This document shows positions 9,450-18,523 of a stretch of DNA of 64,000 bases, in pieces. Both the position numbers and the translations under genes were made by a program. The stretch covers positions 320,001 to 384,000 of the forward strand of contig JANRKS010000019.1 of NCBI GenBank assembly GCA_033763315.1, given 5' to 3'. Each line of letters begins with the position of its first letter. The first letter of the stretch is position 1. This DNA is from Deltaproteobacteria bacterium. GTDB taxonomy: Bacteria > Myxococcota_A > Polyangia > Fen-1088. The notes beneath the pieces are model-generated. The model ran no database searches, was not told the DNA's origin, and saw only the letters and a program-made list of their open reading frames with translations.

Positions 9450-10912
9450 GTGCCGATGGGGGATTTGCCGCGGTCTTCAAGCCGATCATAAAACGTGCGC
9501 ATGATGTCGCGGTAAAGATCTTCTTTGAGAACCGCGTCCTCAACGCCTGCGTCAACGTTGGGGTTGTCGTTGACTTCGATGATCAGGAATTGGCCGTCCA
9601 CTTCTTTGAGGTCCACGCCGTATAGGCCGCGGCCGATCAAGCGGGAAGCCTTGACGGCCAGCTCGATGGCCCGCGGCGGCGCCGCGCCGATCGGCAGCGT
9701 TTCCACCTTGCCATAGCGGGCGCCCGTTTCGCCGCTCTTGCGGATCTGCCAATGCCCCTGCGCCATATGGTATTTGCAGGCGTAAAGCGGTTTGCCGTCA
9801 AGCACACCAATGCGCCAGTCATAACCTGTGGGCACAAAGCTTTGCGCCACCACCAAATCCGAGTCTTCCAAAAACTCGTCCAACACGCGGTGCAGATCTT
9901 CGCCCGTTTGCGCCCGCACCACACCCATCGAAAAAGCACTGTCGGGCCGCTTAAGCACGCACGGCAAGCCCAGCGTCTCTGCCACCTGCTCGCGGTTGTC
10001 CTTGTGAACGATGAATGTCTTGGGAATGGGCAGGCCATGCCGGCCAAACAAGTCCGCCAAATACACTTTGTTTGAGCAGCGAATGATCGATTGCGGATCG
10101 TCGATCACCACCAAACCCTCCGCCTCGGCGCGCGTGGCAAACCGATACGTGTAATGGTTCACCGCCGTGGTGGTCCGTATGAAAAGCGCGTCGTATTCGG
10201 CCAGCGACCCAAAGTCGTCTTTCGTGATGAGTTGCGCGTCGATGTGAAGCTCTTTGGCGGCCGCCACAAACCGCGCCACGGCCTTGGCGTCGCTTGGCGA
10301 ATCCTGCGCTTCCGGGTCCACAAGGATCGCCAAGTCGTATCGAGGCCGAAACGACGCCGCGGGCTTCTTCCGGGAAAAGTAGCTTTCGGCCTGTGAGCAG
10401 ACAAATTCCCGATGCGCGTCCGGAATGTCACTGCTGGCGATTGGCCGCAGCTTCGTTAACCGCCAATGATGTTTGTGGCGGTGAAACTCGGCCCGCAGCA
10501 ACGGGGCAGGGAAGTGATTAAACAGCGATTGGCTGAGCCGATCGTACCGCGCCGCCATGTTGCGGCCGAAGTAGATCGAAAGCTCAAACGTATCCGACTT
10601 CAGGCTTTCGAGACTACGTTCGATGGGGCCTTCGAGCTCTTGCGAGGTCAGTTTTACAAGCGACAGCTCGCGCAGATCCTGAATCGTGTTCACCGACGGC
10701 AAGGCCCTATGCCCACGGGCGGCCGCCAGCAGGGAAACATAGTAACCGAGGCTCTGGTACCTATAGGTCTTGCAGAGGTTGAACACCTTTGCGCGCTTGA
10801 GCTCAGCGTATTGCGGGTTGGTCAGATAGTCGCGGGCGCCGATAACCTCGGTGCCGGGAATGTGCATGTTCCATTTTTTGTGGTTCTCGACAACAACCAG
10901 GGTGCGTGACAT
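9446..10912 (-). CDS. RimK-like ATP-grasp ligase with N-terminal RLAN domain
   Basis: RLAN signature VFNLCKTYRYQSLGYYVSLLAAARGH. ATP-grasp motifs CSNKVYL, VLKRPDSAFSMGV, DWRIGVLDG, GLYGVDLK and IEVNDNP. Start 10912 (MSRTLVVVE) preferred over 10963. Confidence 0.9.
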   Translation of the reverse strand: MSRTLVVVENHKKWNMHIPGTEVIGARDYLTNPQYAELKRAKVFNLCKTYRYQSLGYYVSLLAAARGHRALPSVNTIQDLRELSLVKLTSQELEGPIERSLESLKSDTFELSIYFGRNMAARYDRLSQSLFNHFPAPLLRAEFHRHKHHWRLTKLRPIASSDIPDAHREFVCSQAESYFSRKKPAASFRPRYDLAILVDPEAQDSPSDAKAVARFVAAAKELHIDAQLITKDDFGSLAEYDALFIRTTTAVNHYTYRFATRAEAEGLVVIDDPQSIIRCSNKVYLADLFGRHGLPIPKTFIVHKDNREQVAETLGLPCVLKRPDSAFSMGVVRAQTGEDLHRVLDEFLEDSDLVVAQSFVPTGYDWRIGVLDGKPLYACKYHMAQGHWQIRKSGETGARYGKVETLPIGAAPPRAIELAVKASRLIGRGLYGVDLKEVDGQFLIIEVNDNPNVDAGVEDAVLKEDLYRDIMRTFYDRLEDRGKSPIGT

Positions 10913-10928
10913 CTGCTGTGCGTTTGAG

Positions 10929-11729
10929 CTAACGGCTGGATTGGGCAGGATCCTGAGGCTCAATCACCAACAGATTGGCATCGTAGGTCACGATCCCCAA
11001 AAGAATGGCGGTTTTGAGTCGGTCCATATGAACGTCGTAGTACTGGGAGCTAAAGCCGGGGTTGTCATGCAAAGGGTCTGCCACGCGGACCGTGCGTTCC
11101 TCGGCGTTGTAACCCGCCAGCACCACGAAGTGGCCCGTCGGCTCACCTTTGACGTCGTCGTAGGCGTCGTTGAGCTCGCGGGCGCAGCCGTAAAGATAGG
11201 TGGCCGATAGACCCGTCAAAAGCGGTATGCCCCGGTTCAAGTGCCGGCGGATGAGGCCCGCCGTCAGCTCGCGGAACTCCAACCGTCCTCCGAGCGCAAA
11301 AAAATGCAGGTATGACTGGGTGGCCCCGGCCAACTTGGGATCGGCTTTGGCCTGTCGTTGCGCCTCAAGCCGATGCACGATGTCTTTGCCGCGCCCGTCG
11401 TTGAACCAAGTGGGATCAAACAGCTGCAAGTTGTAGGTGATGATCGTCGCGCGGTATCCGCGCTCCAGGGCGTGGCACGCCAAATTGACCGCCAACGTGC
11501 CGCCCGTTTCCAGGGGTTCGATCTCGTCGATGATTTGCTGCAAATCTTTGTGGTCGCCGAAATATCGATACACTGCGTGAAGGCAGGTTGGGCCGCACGT
11601 GGTGTTCGTGGGTTGCGGCAGAACCTCGAAATCCACTCGATCTTTGCCCACGAAGCCCCGCAACCGCGCCGATTTGGGCGGGTCGACGTCAATCGCGAGC
11701 ACGACCGAGTCATCCGTGGTGTTGGTCAT
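10929..11729 (-). CDS. Papain-like (C39-like) cysteine peptidase/transpeptidase
   Basis: Q...TCGPTCL (catalytic Cys), GHFVVLAGY (His) and VADP (Asp). The start could be 11729 or 11750. Confidence 0.85.
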   Translation of the reverse strand: MTNTTDDSVVLAIDVDPPKSARLRGFVGKDRVDFEVLPQPTNTTCGPTCLHAVYRYFGDHKDLQQIIDEIEPLETGGTLAVNLACHALERGYRATIITYNLQLFDPTWFNDGRGKDIVHRLEAQRQAKADPKLAGATQSYLHFFALGGRLEFRELTAGLIRRHLNRGIPLLTGLSATYLYGCARELNDAYDDVKGEPTGHFVVLAGYNAEERTVRVADPLHDNPGFSSQYYDVHMDRLKTAILLGIVTYDANLLVIEPQDPAQSSR

Positions 11730-12864
11730 CGTTGGGCAACACTCCCGCATCGTCAGCTTTTAGCCAACCCTTGCGCCCAAAATAGACAAGGAAGATAGCC
11801 ACGGTGGCTGCCATAAGGGCCAGGGCGAAGGGGTAGCCATAGTACCAGCTGAGCTCTGGCATGTTCCACGGCGAGCGAGCGGTTTCGAAGTTCATGCCAT
11901 AGATGCCCGCGATGAAGGAAAGCGGAATGAACAAGGTGGCAATCATCGTCAGCACCTTCATGATTTCATTCATGCGCGCGCTAAGCGCCGACATTTGCAA
12001 ATCGCGCAAGCTGGTGGCCAGCTCTTGGCATCCCTCCACGATGTCCAGCAGCTGCACTGCGTGATCGTGGCAGTCGCGCAAAAAAGGTAGGGTGGCTTCT
12101 TGAATCAGATGCCCCTGATCCCGTCCAAAGGCGTTCAACATCTCGCGGGTTGACCACAGCACGCGGCGAATCACCCGCAGATCGTGGCGAAGCGCGTGTA
12201 TGTCCGCCGCCATCGAATTGGCGTTGGTTGCGGAAACGCGCGCCTCCATGTCTTCCAATCGATCGCTATATTCTTCCAGCAGCGGGAAGAATGAATCGAT
12301 GACAGCGTCGAGAACCGCGTAGGCCAGATAGTCGGCGCCCATATGCCGGATGCGTCCCATCGATTGTCGCAAACGTTGGCGGACGTGATCAAAGCAGTCG
12401 CCGGGGACCTCTTGAATCGAGATTAGAAAACCAGGCCCCACGAACAGCGACAACTGCTCAAACATCAGCGTGTCGCGGTGGCGTTCGGGCATCTTCACCA
12501 CGACAAAGAGATGGTTCGGAAACTCTTCTAACTTCGGCCGCTGCTTGCCGTTGACCACGTCTTCGAGGGCCAGGGGGTGAAGGCCAAAGATTTCACCCAG
12601 CCGCCGAATCTGTTCGGCATCACCTGTGCCTGTGACGTCAACCCAGCGCACGCCGCTGACGTCACCATGAGGCCCCAGCGCGTCGATGGCACAGAGCGGT
12701 TTTTCTTCGAGCTTATCGGCATTGAAGGTCCACAGATGCACGGTTGTGGGCGGCGCGCCCGCGGCGGAAACCAGCGAACCAGGCAGTGTGCCCACGGTTT
12801 GAGGCAGGCGCTGCTCGATCTTTGCCCGCCGCCGTCGACGCAGGCGTGACTTGCCCTTGGCCAT
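11710..12864 (-). CDS. corA: Magnesium/cobalt transporter CorA
   Basis: LHPLALED, QRPKLE, DYLAYAVLD, MKVLT, YGMNF and MPEL motifs. Confidence 0.95.
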   Translation of the reverse strand: MAKGKSRLRRRRRAKIEQRLPQTVGTLPGSLVSAAGAPPTTVHLWTFNADKLEEKPLCAIDALGPHGDVSGVRWVDVTGTGDAEQIRRLGEIFGLHPLALEDVVNGKQRPKLEEFPNHLFVVVKMPERHRDTLMFEQLSLFVGPGFLISIQEVPGDCFDHVRQRLRQSMGRIRHMGADYLAYAVLDAVIDSFFPLLEEYSDRLEDMEARVSATNANSMAADIHALRHDLRVIRRVLWSTREMLNAFGRDQGHLIQEATLPFLRDCHDHAVQLLDIVEGCQELATSLRDLQMSALSARMNEIMKVLTMIATLFIPLSFIAGIYGMNFETARSPWNMPELSWYYGYPFALALMAATVAIFLVYFGRKGWLKADDAGVLPNDDQHHG

Positions 12865-12966
12865 AACAGTTCTTGTAACCCGTCTTTTGCCACGTGTCAG
12901 GTCGTTTGTCCCCGGCGACTGCTAGCCTTGCGCGGGCTCAGCACGCAAATCACCGAAGGACTCACA

Positions 12967-13437
12967 ATGCTCGAACTGATTTCTCAGCTCACAAGCCACC
13001 TCGGCCTCTCGCAAGAACAGGCGCAAGGCGGCCTCGGAAGTGTCTTGAATTTCGCCAAAAGCAAGCTCGCCGCCGATGAGTTTGCACAGGTCACAGGCGC
13101 CCTTGGCGCAGGCACAGATGAAGCGATGGCTTTGGCGCAGGGAAAAACCGCGCAGGCCGGTGGTGGGGGCGGCCTCATGGGTGCTTTAGGTGGGCTCGCG
13201 GGCGGTGGCAGCTTGGGCGGCGCGCTCGGTGGTTTGGGCGGCGCGTTGGGCGGTGCGTTCGGAGGCACGGGTGCCGGTGCGTTGGGCGACATCACGAAAA
13301 TGACCGCGCTCGTGAAAAGCTTTGAAGCGTTCAAAATGGACAGCAGCACCCTCACGAAGTTCCTGCCCATCGTGTTGTCGTTTTTGCAGCAAAAAGGCGG
13401 CGACGGACTGGCCGGGTTGATCTCTAAGTTGATCTAG
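12967..13437 (+). CDS. DUF2780-like Gly-rich small protein
   Basis: MLELISQLTSHLGLSQEQAQGGLGSVL...F..F.MD...KFLPIVLSFL pattern. GAAGGA RBS upstream of the ATG at 12967. Confidence 0.7.
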   Translation: MLELISQLTSHLGLSQEQAQGGLGSVLNFAKSKLAADEFAQVTGALGAGTDEAMALAQGKTAQAGGGGGLMGALGGLAGGGSLGGALGGLGGALGGAFGGTGAGALGDITKMTALVKSFEAFKMDSSTLTKFLPIVLSFLQQKGGDGLAGLISKLI

Positions 13438-15045
13438 ATGCCTTCGATTTCGGATCTCAACTACCGCAACCAATTCGTGGAAGCGCTGCCCGGCGATCCA
13501 CGGCAAGACAACGCCACCCGCCAGGTGTTCGATGCGTGTTACTCACGTGTCACGCCCACGCCTGTGCCGGCGCCCAAACTGCTGGCGCTGGTGCCTGAGG
13601 TGGCGGCGTTATTGGACTTGGATAACGAACCGTCAGAGACCCTCGTTTCCGTGTTGGCGGGCAACTTGGTTTTGCCGGGCATGAAACCATACGCCGCCTG
13701 TTATGGCGGTCATCAATTCGGCAATTGGGCGGGTCAACTGGGTGACGGCCGCGCGATGACGCTGGCCGAAGTGGTGAACGCGCGGGGCGAAGCCTACGAG
13801 ATCCAACTCAAAGGGGCAGGGCCCACGCCATACTCGCGGCGTGCGGATGGGCGAGCGGTGTTGCGTTCGTCGCTTCGTGAATTGGTGTGCAGCGAAGCGA
13901 TGTTTCACTTGGGCGTGCCCACAACGCGCGCCTTGTCTCTTGTGGCCACGGGCGCCCCGGTCGAACGCGACATGCTTTACGACGGCAACCCGGCCTATGA
14001 ACCAGGCGCGATCGTGTGCCGAGTGGCGCCTTCGTTCTTGCGGTTTGGTAACTACGAGATCCACGCGGCCCGCAAAGATCACCAAACGCTTACGACGTTG
14101 CTGCAATACACACTGCACAACCATTACCCACAGTTCATCGCCGACGGGCCAGAGGGCAAGTTGATGGATCTGCCCGGCCTCCTTAGAGAGGTCTGCCAAC
14201 GTACGGCCACGATGCTTGTGCACTGGATGCGCGTGGGGTTTGTTCATGGCGTGATGAACACGGACAACATGTCGATCCTAGGCCTCACGATCGATTACGG
14301 GCCATACGGCTGGGTGGAGCCGTTCGATCCCAACTGGACGCCAAACATCACCGACGCCCAGGGCCGGCGTTATCGTTTTGGCGCGCAACCTCGCATCGCG
14401 TTTTGGAACCTGCTGCAGCTTGCGGGGGCGTTTGCTTCGCTCGGCGGTGAAACCGCGGCTTTTGAAGACGCGTTGAGCGTCTACCGCGAAGAGCTGGAAC
14501 GGCAACACCGTCAGATGATGTTGGGCAAGTTGGGCCTTACAGAGCGCGTGGACGCCACGGAGGACGACGACCGCTTGATTGCGCAACTCGTGCAAGTGCT
14601 GGTGATGGTGGAAACCGATATGTCGATCTTCTTTCGCAAGTTGGCGGATCTGCCCCTGCAGGCGAACGAATTCCAACCGCACGCCGCGCTTCACAATTTG
14701 CGCGAAGCTTACTACGCGCCTGACGAAGTTACGCCCGCGCAGAACGAAGCACTTGTGGCATTTCTGCAGGCTTATGGCGCGCGTATCACGCAAGAGGCTG
14801 CGCCAGCGGACGCCGACAGGCGTGCACGGATGAACGCGGTTAACCCGCTCTATGTGCCGCGCAACTACGTGGTCCAGCAGGTCATCGATAAAACGGAAGC
14901 GGGCGATACTCAGGCCCTGACCGAGCTTCTCGACGTGCTTCGCCACCCCTACACAGCGCAGCCCGGCCGCGAAGCTTTCGCAGCCAAGCGGCCCGAATGG
15001 GCGCGCCACAAGCCGGGGTGCTCCATGCTGTCCTGCAGCTCGTGA
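13438..15045 (+). CDS. selO: Protein adenylyltransferase SelO/YdiU
   Basis: YGGHQFG, GQLGDGRA, QLKGAGPTPYSRRADGRAVLRSS, HGVMNTDN, IDYGP motifs and C-terminal CSMLSCSS. Confidence 0.95.
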   Translation: MPSISDLNYRNQFVEALPGDPRQDNATRQVFDACYSRVTPTPVPAPKLLALVPEVAALLDLDNEPSETLVSVLAGNLVLPGMKPYAACYGGHQFGNWAGQLGDGRAMTLAEVVNARGEAYEIQLKGAGPTPYSRRADGRAVLRSSLRELVCSEAMFHLGVPTTRALSLVATGAPVERDMLYDGNPAYEPGAIVCRVAPSFLRFGNYEIHAARKDHQTLTTLLQYTLHNHYPQFIADGPEGKLMDLPGLLREVCQRTATMLVHWMRVGFVHGVMNTDNMSILGLTIDYGPYGWVEPFDPNWTPNITDAQGRRYRFGAQPRIAFWNLLQLAGAFASLGGETAAFEDALSVYREELERQHRQMMLGKLGLTERVDATEDDDRLIAQLVQVLVMVETDMSIFFRKLADLPLQANEFQPHAALHNLREAYYAPDEVTPAQNEALVAFLQAYGARITQEAAPADADRRARMNAVNPLYVPRNYVVQQVIDKTEAGDTQALTELLDVLRHPYTAQPGREAFAAKRPEWARHKPGCSMLSCSS

Positions 15046-15063
15046 GCTCTCAGGGCTTCGAAA

Positions 15064-15102
15064 ACAAAAACGCCGCAGTCAACTGACCGCGGCGTTTTTG
15101 TT
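15064..15102. terminator. Bidirectional rho-independent terminator between selO and tRNA-Val
   Basis: ACAAAAACGCCGC-agtcaactgacc-GCGGCGTTTTTGT inverted repeat with A/T tails. Confidence 0.8.
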
Positions 15103-15103
15103 G

Positions 15104-15175
15104 TGGGCGATGCAAGGGTCGAACTTGCGACTTCCACCGTGTGAAGGTGGCACTCTGCCACTGAGTTAATCGCCC
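15104..15175 (-). tRNA. tRNA-Val(CAC), CCA not encoded
   Basis: Reverse complement GGGCGATTAACTCAGTGGCAGAGTGCCACCTTCACACGGTGGAAGTCGCAAGTTCGACCCTTGCATCGCCCA folds as a cloverleaf, with anticodon arm CCACC-TTCACAC-GGTGG and T-loop GTTCGA. Confidence 0.95.
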
Positions 15176-15280
15176 GAAACCGCCCGGCAAGTGGCCTTGC
15201 GGGGCAGGGGAAGTGAATTAATCCGAAACCGCGAAGCTGTCAATGGGCAGGCGTCGTTGTGTTGGCACCCACCCACCAAA

Positions 15281-16555
15281 TCAATCCAGCAGCTGCTGAA
15301 TCTTGGCCTCAATGGCGCCCACGTCCACCTCGTGCTGCTTTTCCGTCGCGAGGTCCTTTAACGCAAGCTTGCCGCTTTCCAATTCATTGTCGCCCACAAT
15401 CAGAGCCAGGCGCGCCTTCATCTTGTTGGCCCGCTTCAACTGGTTCTTGAGCCCCGTGGGGCGGTGTTCCACCTCGACGCGGATGCCGCGCAGCCGCAGC
15501 TTGTGCGCCATGGGCAACGCCCATTCGTATGCCTTTTCGCCCAAGGGCGCGATGAACAACGACACGGGCGCCTCGAAGCTTTCCGGCGGGTCGGGGATCG
15601 CCAGCAACACGCGTTCCACGCCCATGCCGAAACCCAAGGCAGGCGTTTTGGGGCCGCCCAGCGTCTCGATCAAATGGTCGTAGCGCCCGCCGCCGGCCAG
15701 CGTGTTTTGCGCGCCCAGGTCGCCAATCGTGGCTTTGATCTCGAAGATCACGCCGGTGTAGTAATCAAGACCTCGCACAAGCCGCGGATCGTGCACCGCC
15801 GTGACGCCCAGATCGCCTAGCAGTTTTGTGAACCGCGTGAAGCTGTCTTTGCTCGCTTGCCCTAAGTGGTCGAACAACAGCGGCGCTTGCTCGCACAGCT
15901 TTTGCGTGGCCTCTTCCTTCGAATCCAAAATGCGCAGCGGGTTGGTTTGCAAGCGTCGGCGGCTGTCTTCGTCCAATTGCGCTTCGAATTGCCGGAAATA
16001 AGCTTGCAAGGCGTCGCGGTAGGCGGCCCGCTCGTCCGGCTCGCCCAACGTATTGACCACCACCTGCAAGCTTTGTTGCGGCAAGCCCACCTCTGTGAGC
16101 AACGCCACCAACATCGCCACCACCTCAGCGTCGATGCCGGGCCCGGGCAAGCCAATCACCTCGGCGCCGATCTGGTGAAATTGGCGTAAACGCCCGCGTT
16201 GAGCGCGTTCGTGCCTGAACATCGGGCCCATGTAAAACCACTTGGTGACGGGTTCTTTGTGCCACTGCGCCTGCGCGATATAAGCGCGCACGGCGCTGGC
16301 GGTGCCTTCGGGCCGCAAGCTGACCGAGCGACCATCGCGATCGTCGAATGTGTACATCTGCTTTTCCACGACGTCGGTGGTCTCGCCCACGCCACGTAGA
16401 AACAGGTTGGTGTACTCGAGCAACGGGGTGCGCAACTCCCGGTAGGAAAATGCATCCAGAACCATGCGCGCCCGTTCTTCCACGAACTGCCATTTGGCCA
16501 CGTCCGGGGGCGCGATGTCGTTCATACCTTTAACGGTCGAAGGCGTATCAGCCAT
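15281..16555 (-). CDS. hisS: Histidine--tRNA ligase
   Basis: LRPEGTA, FRHERAQRGRLRQFHQ, LVRGLDYY and GGGRYD motifs. Confidence 0.97.
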   Translation of the reverse strand: MADTPSTVKGMNDIAPPDVAKWQFVEERARMVLDAFSYRELRTPLLEYTNLFLRGVGETTDVVEKQMYTFDDRDGRSVSLRPEGTASAVRAYIAQAQWHKEPVTKWFYMGPMFRHERAQRGRLRQFHQIGAEVIGLPGPGIDAEVVAMLVALLTEVGLPQQSLQVVVNTLGEPDERAAYRDALQAYFRQFEAQLDEDSRRRLQTNPLRILDSKEEATQKLCEQAPLLFDHLGQASKDSFTRFTKLLGDLGVTAVHDPRLVRGLDYYTGVIFEIKATIGDLGAQNTLAGGGRYDHLIETLGGPKTPALGFGMGVERVLLAIPDPPESFEAPVSLFIAPLGEKAYEWALPMAHKLRLRGIRVEVEHRPTGLKNQLKRANKMKARLALIVGDNELESGKLALKDLATEKQHEVDVGAIEAKIQQLLD

Positions 16556-16596
16556 GAGAATGGCCGGTTTTAGCAGGTTGTGGCTGCGAAAGTCAG

Positions 16597-17376
16597 CTAA
16601 TCAACGCGCACAACCACCGCGGCCAAACGTGCCAGCAGCGCGCCCAAGGCGGCGTCCACTTCGTCGCGGCCGCGGCCATCAAGCGTCACTTTGACCTGGT
16701 AATCGACGGCGTGAATGTGCGGGTAAGAGCCGATCGACACGGCGGGAAATTCAATCACCACAGCGTCCAGATGGTGCGCAATTTTGCCTTCCGTCTCGTT
16801 GATGTACATGGCCCTTGCGAAGATGGGTGCCGTACGCAGTTGGTCGGCAATTAAGGCGAACTTGCGTTGCAAAATCGACGGCACGCCTGGAAGAACAAAA
16901 ACATTGTGCACCGCCACCACAGGCCACACCGTGGCATTCTGGGGCGGGCCGAAATGCAGCTTCGCGCCCGCGGGTAAGTCCGCCATGCGCAGGTCACGTT
17001 CAGAAAACGACGTGCCAAGTGTGCGCCGAATCAGCTCCGCCATCTCGTGGTTTCGCACCAAAGGCACGCCGAAAGCTTGGGCCACCGAAGGCATCGTGAC
17101 ATCGTCATGGGTGGCACCCACGCCGCCCGCAGTGAATACATGCGTAAAGCGGGCCGAGAGGGACTTTACGGCGGCCACGATCTCGTCGCATTCATCGGGC
17201 ACCACTTCAATTCGCCGGGTCAGCACGCCCAGGGAGCGCAGCGCCTTCACCAAGAAGCGCGCGTTCTCGTCTTCCACTTTGCCCGAAAGCAGCTCTTCGC
17301 CGATCAACAGGATGGCCGCCGTGGGCCCAGCGAGCGGGTGGGCTGAAGCCTTTGTTTGGGAACCCGAGAGCGACAC
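16597..17376 (-). CDS. CinA N-terminal-like molybdopterin-binding domain protein (FAD/NAD pyrophosphatase-like)
   Basis: IGEELLSGKVEDEN, GGVGATHDDVT, LPGVP and IGSYP motifs. Confidence 0.85.
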   Translation of the reverse strand: MSLSGSQTKASAHPLAGPTAAILLIGEELLSGKVEDENARFLVKALRSLGVLTRRIEVVPDECDEIVAAVKSLSARFTHVFTAGGVGATHDDVTMPSVAQAFGVPLVRNHEMAELIRRTLGTSFSERDLRMADLPAGAKLHFGPPQNATVWPVVAVHNVFVLPGVPSILQRKFALIADQLRTAPIFARAMYINETEGKIAHHLDAVVIEFPAVSIGSYPHIHAVDYQVKVTLDGRGRDEVDAALGALLARLAAVVVRVD

Positions 17377-17546
17377 GGCCGGGAGAATACTGCACGCATC
17401 GCTTTGTGGCTCGCCGTGCGCTTGCCAAACCGCTGCGCCTGCGTGTCGAAAGCGCGCCCGTGGCCGTCACCCCTCGTTCACTTGACAGGGGCCGCCCCAT
17501 AAGGCCTGATTCAGCCCACCAACCCTTCGTAATCTAAAGAGGTGTC

Positions 17547-18491
17547 ATGTCTAAGCCATTCTCATGTCTCGTCGCCGGCTCGGCTCTGTTCGCTGCATCC
17601 TGTGTAACTGTTTATTCGCAACCAGGCCGGGCCGCGGGCGTGCGCCCCATGAACGTGGAGGTGGCCCAGGCCGACGGGGCAACGCCGGCGCCGATTCCCG
17701 ACGTGGAGGGTGCCGAACACGATCACAACCACGCCGCTGAGTCTGCCGCCGCCGCTCCTGCATCCGTGCAAGGCGAGGGCGTTCACCGCGAACACGCGGG
17801 CGAAAGCTGCCCGCATTGCAAGGGCGGGGGGATGATGATGGGTGGGCACGGCCACGGCGGCATGATGATGGGCGGCGACCCGGAAAAAGCCGGTCCCACC
17901 GATCATCAACGTGTGACTGGGCATTGGGGCATCGAAGCCCGCTCCGTCATTCCCTTGGAGGCTTCAAAGAACAATCCGGATCCCCGCTGTCCCGCGATCA
18001 ATTGCAGGGACGTTAAGTTGATGTCGATCGGCATTCGTCGCTGGCACACGGAACGTTATGCGTACGCCGCGGGCCTCACGCTTGGCCTGGGCGGCGGCAG
18101 CACGGCCGGCACCGGCAGCGGAACGGGCTCGTGGGATACGTACTTCGGCATTGGCCCCAACGTGGCCGCGTATTGGATGTTGTCGCAGTGGAAGCACGTG
18201 ACCGTCAGCGCCACCCCGCAGCTCGGCTTGCTCTATTTTGCGCCTTCGGGCAGCGGCAACAAAACGCTCGCAATCAACGCCGCCGCCAAGGTGGAAGCTG
18301 AAGTCCAATTGGGCTTCATGGGCTTGCCCAATCTTTCTTTGGGCACGGACGTGGGCCTGGGCCTAAATTACACGCATATCGGCAAGGACGACGCGGGCGC
18401 CGGCGGTTATAGCTACTGGACGGTTGGCACCACGGGCCCCAGCAGCTTGTGGGGCTTGGCCACCAACGCCTTCTTGCGGTTCTATCTGTAG
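17547..18491 (+). CDS. Lipoprotein with His/Met-rich CxxC segment and C-terminal probable outer-membrane beta-barrel
   Basis: Lipobox LFAASC, HDHNH...CPHC.GGMMMGGHGHGGMMMGG, amphipathic strands ending FLRFYL, and a GAGGT RBS. Confidence 0.7.
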   Translation: MSKPFSCLVAGSALFAASCVTVYSQPGRAAGVRPMNVEVAQADGATPAPIPDVEGAEHDHNHAAESAAAAPASVQGEGVHREHAGESCPHCKGGGMMMGGHGHGGMMMGGDPEKAGPTDHQRVTGHWGIEARSVIPLEASKNNPDPRCPAINCRDVKLMSIGIRRWHTERYAYAAGLTLGLGGGSTAGTGSGTGSWDTYFGIGPNVAAYWMLSQWKHVTVSATPQLGLLYFAPSGSGNKTLAINAAAKVEAEVQLGFMGLPNLSLGTDVGLGLNYTHIGKDDAGAGGYSYWTVGTTGPSSLWGLATNAFLRFYL

Positions 18492-18523
18492 CCACAAACG
18501 CGGCGTCGGGATAAGGTCGCAAC

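Noticed and set aside
15025-15060. Possible selenocysteine read-through at the selO TGA
   Set aside because: The protein already ends in the Cys-type CSS terminus, and the TGA is followed by a terminator rather than a recognisable SECIS.
15104-15175. tRNA-Val as an integration site for an island or prophage
   Set aside because: No duplicated tRNA 3' end and no integrase seen in the window.
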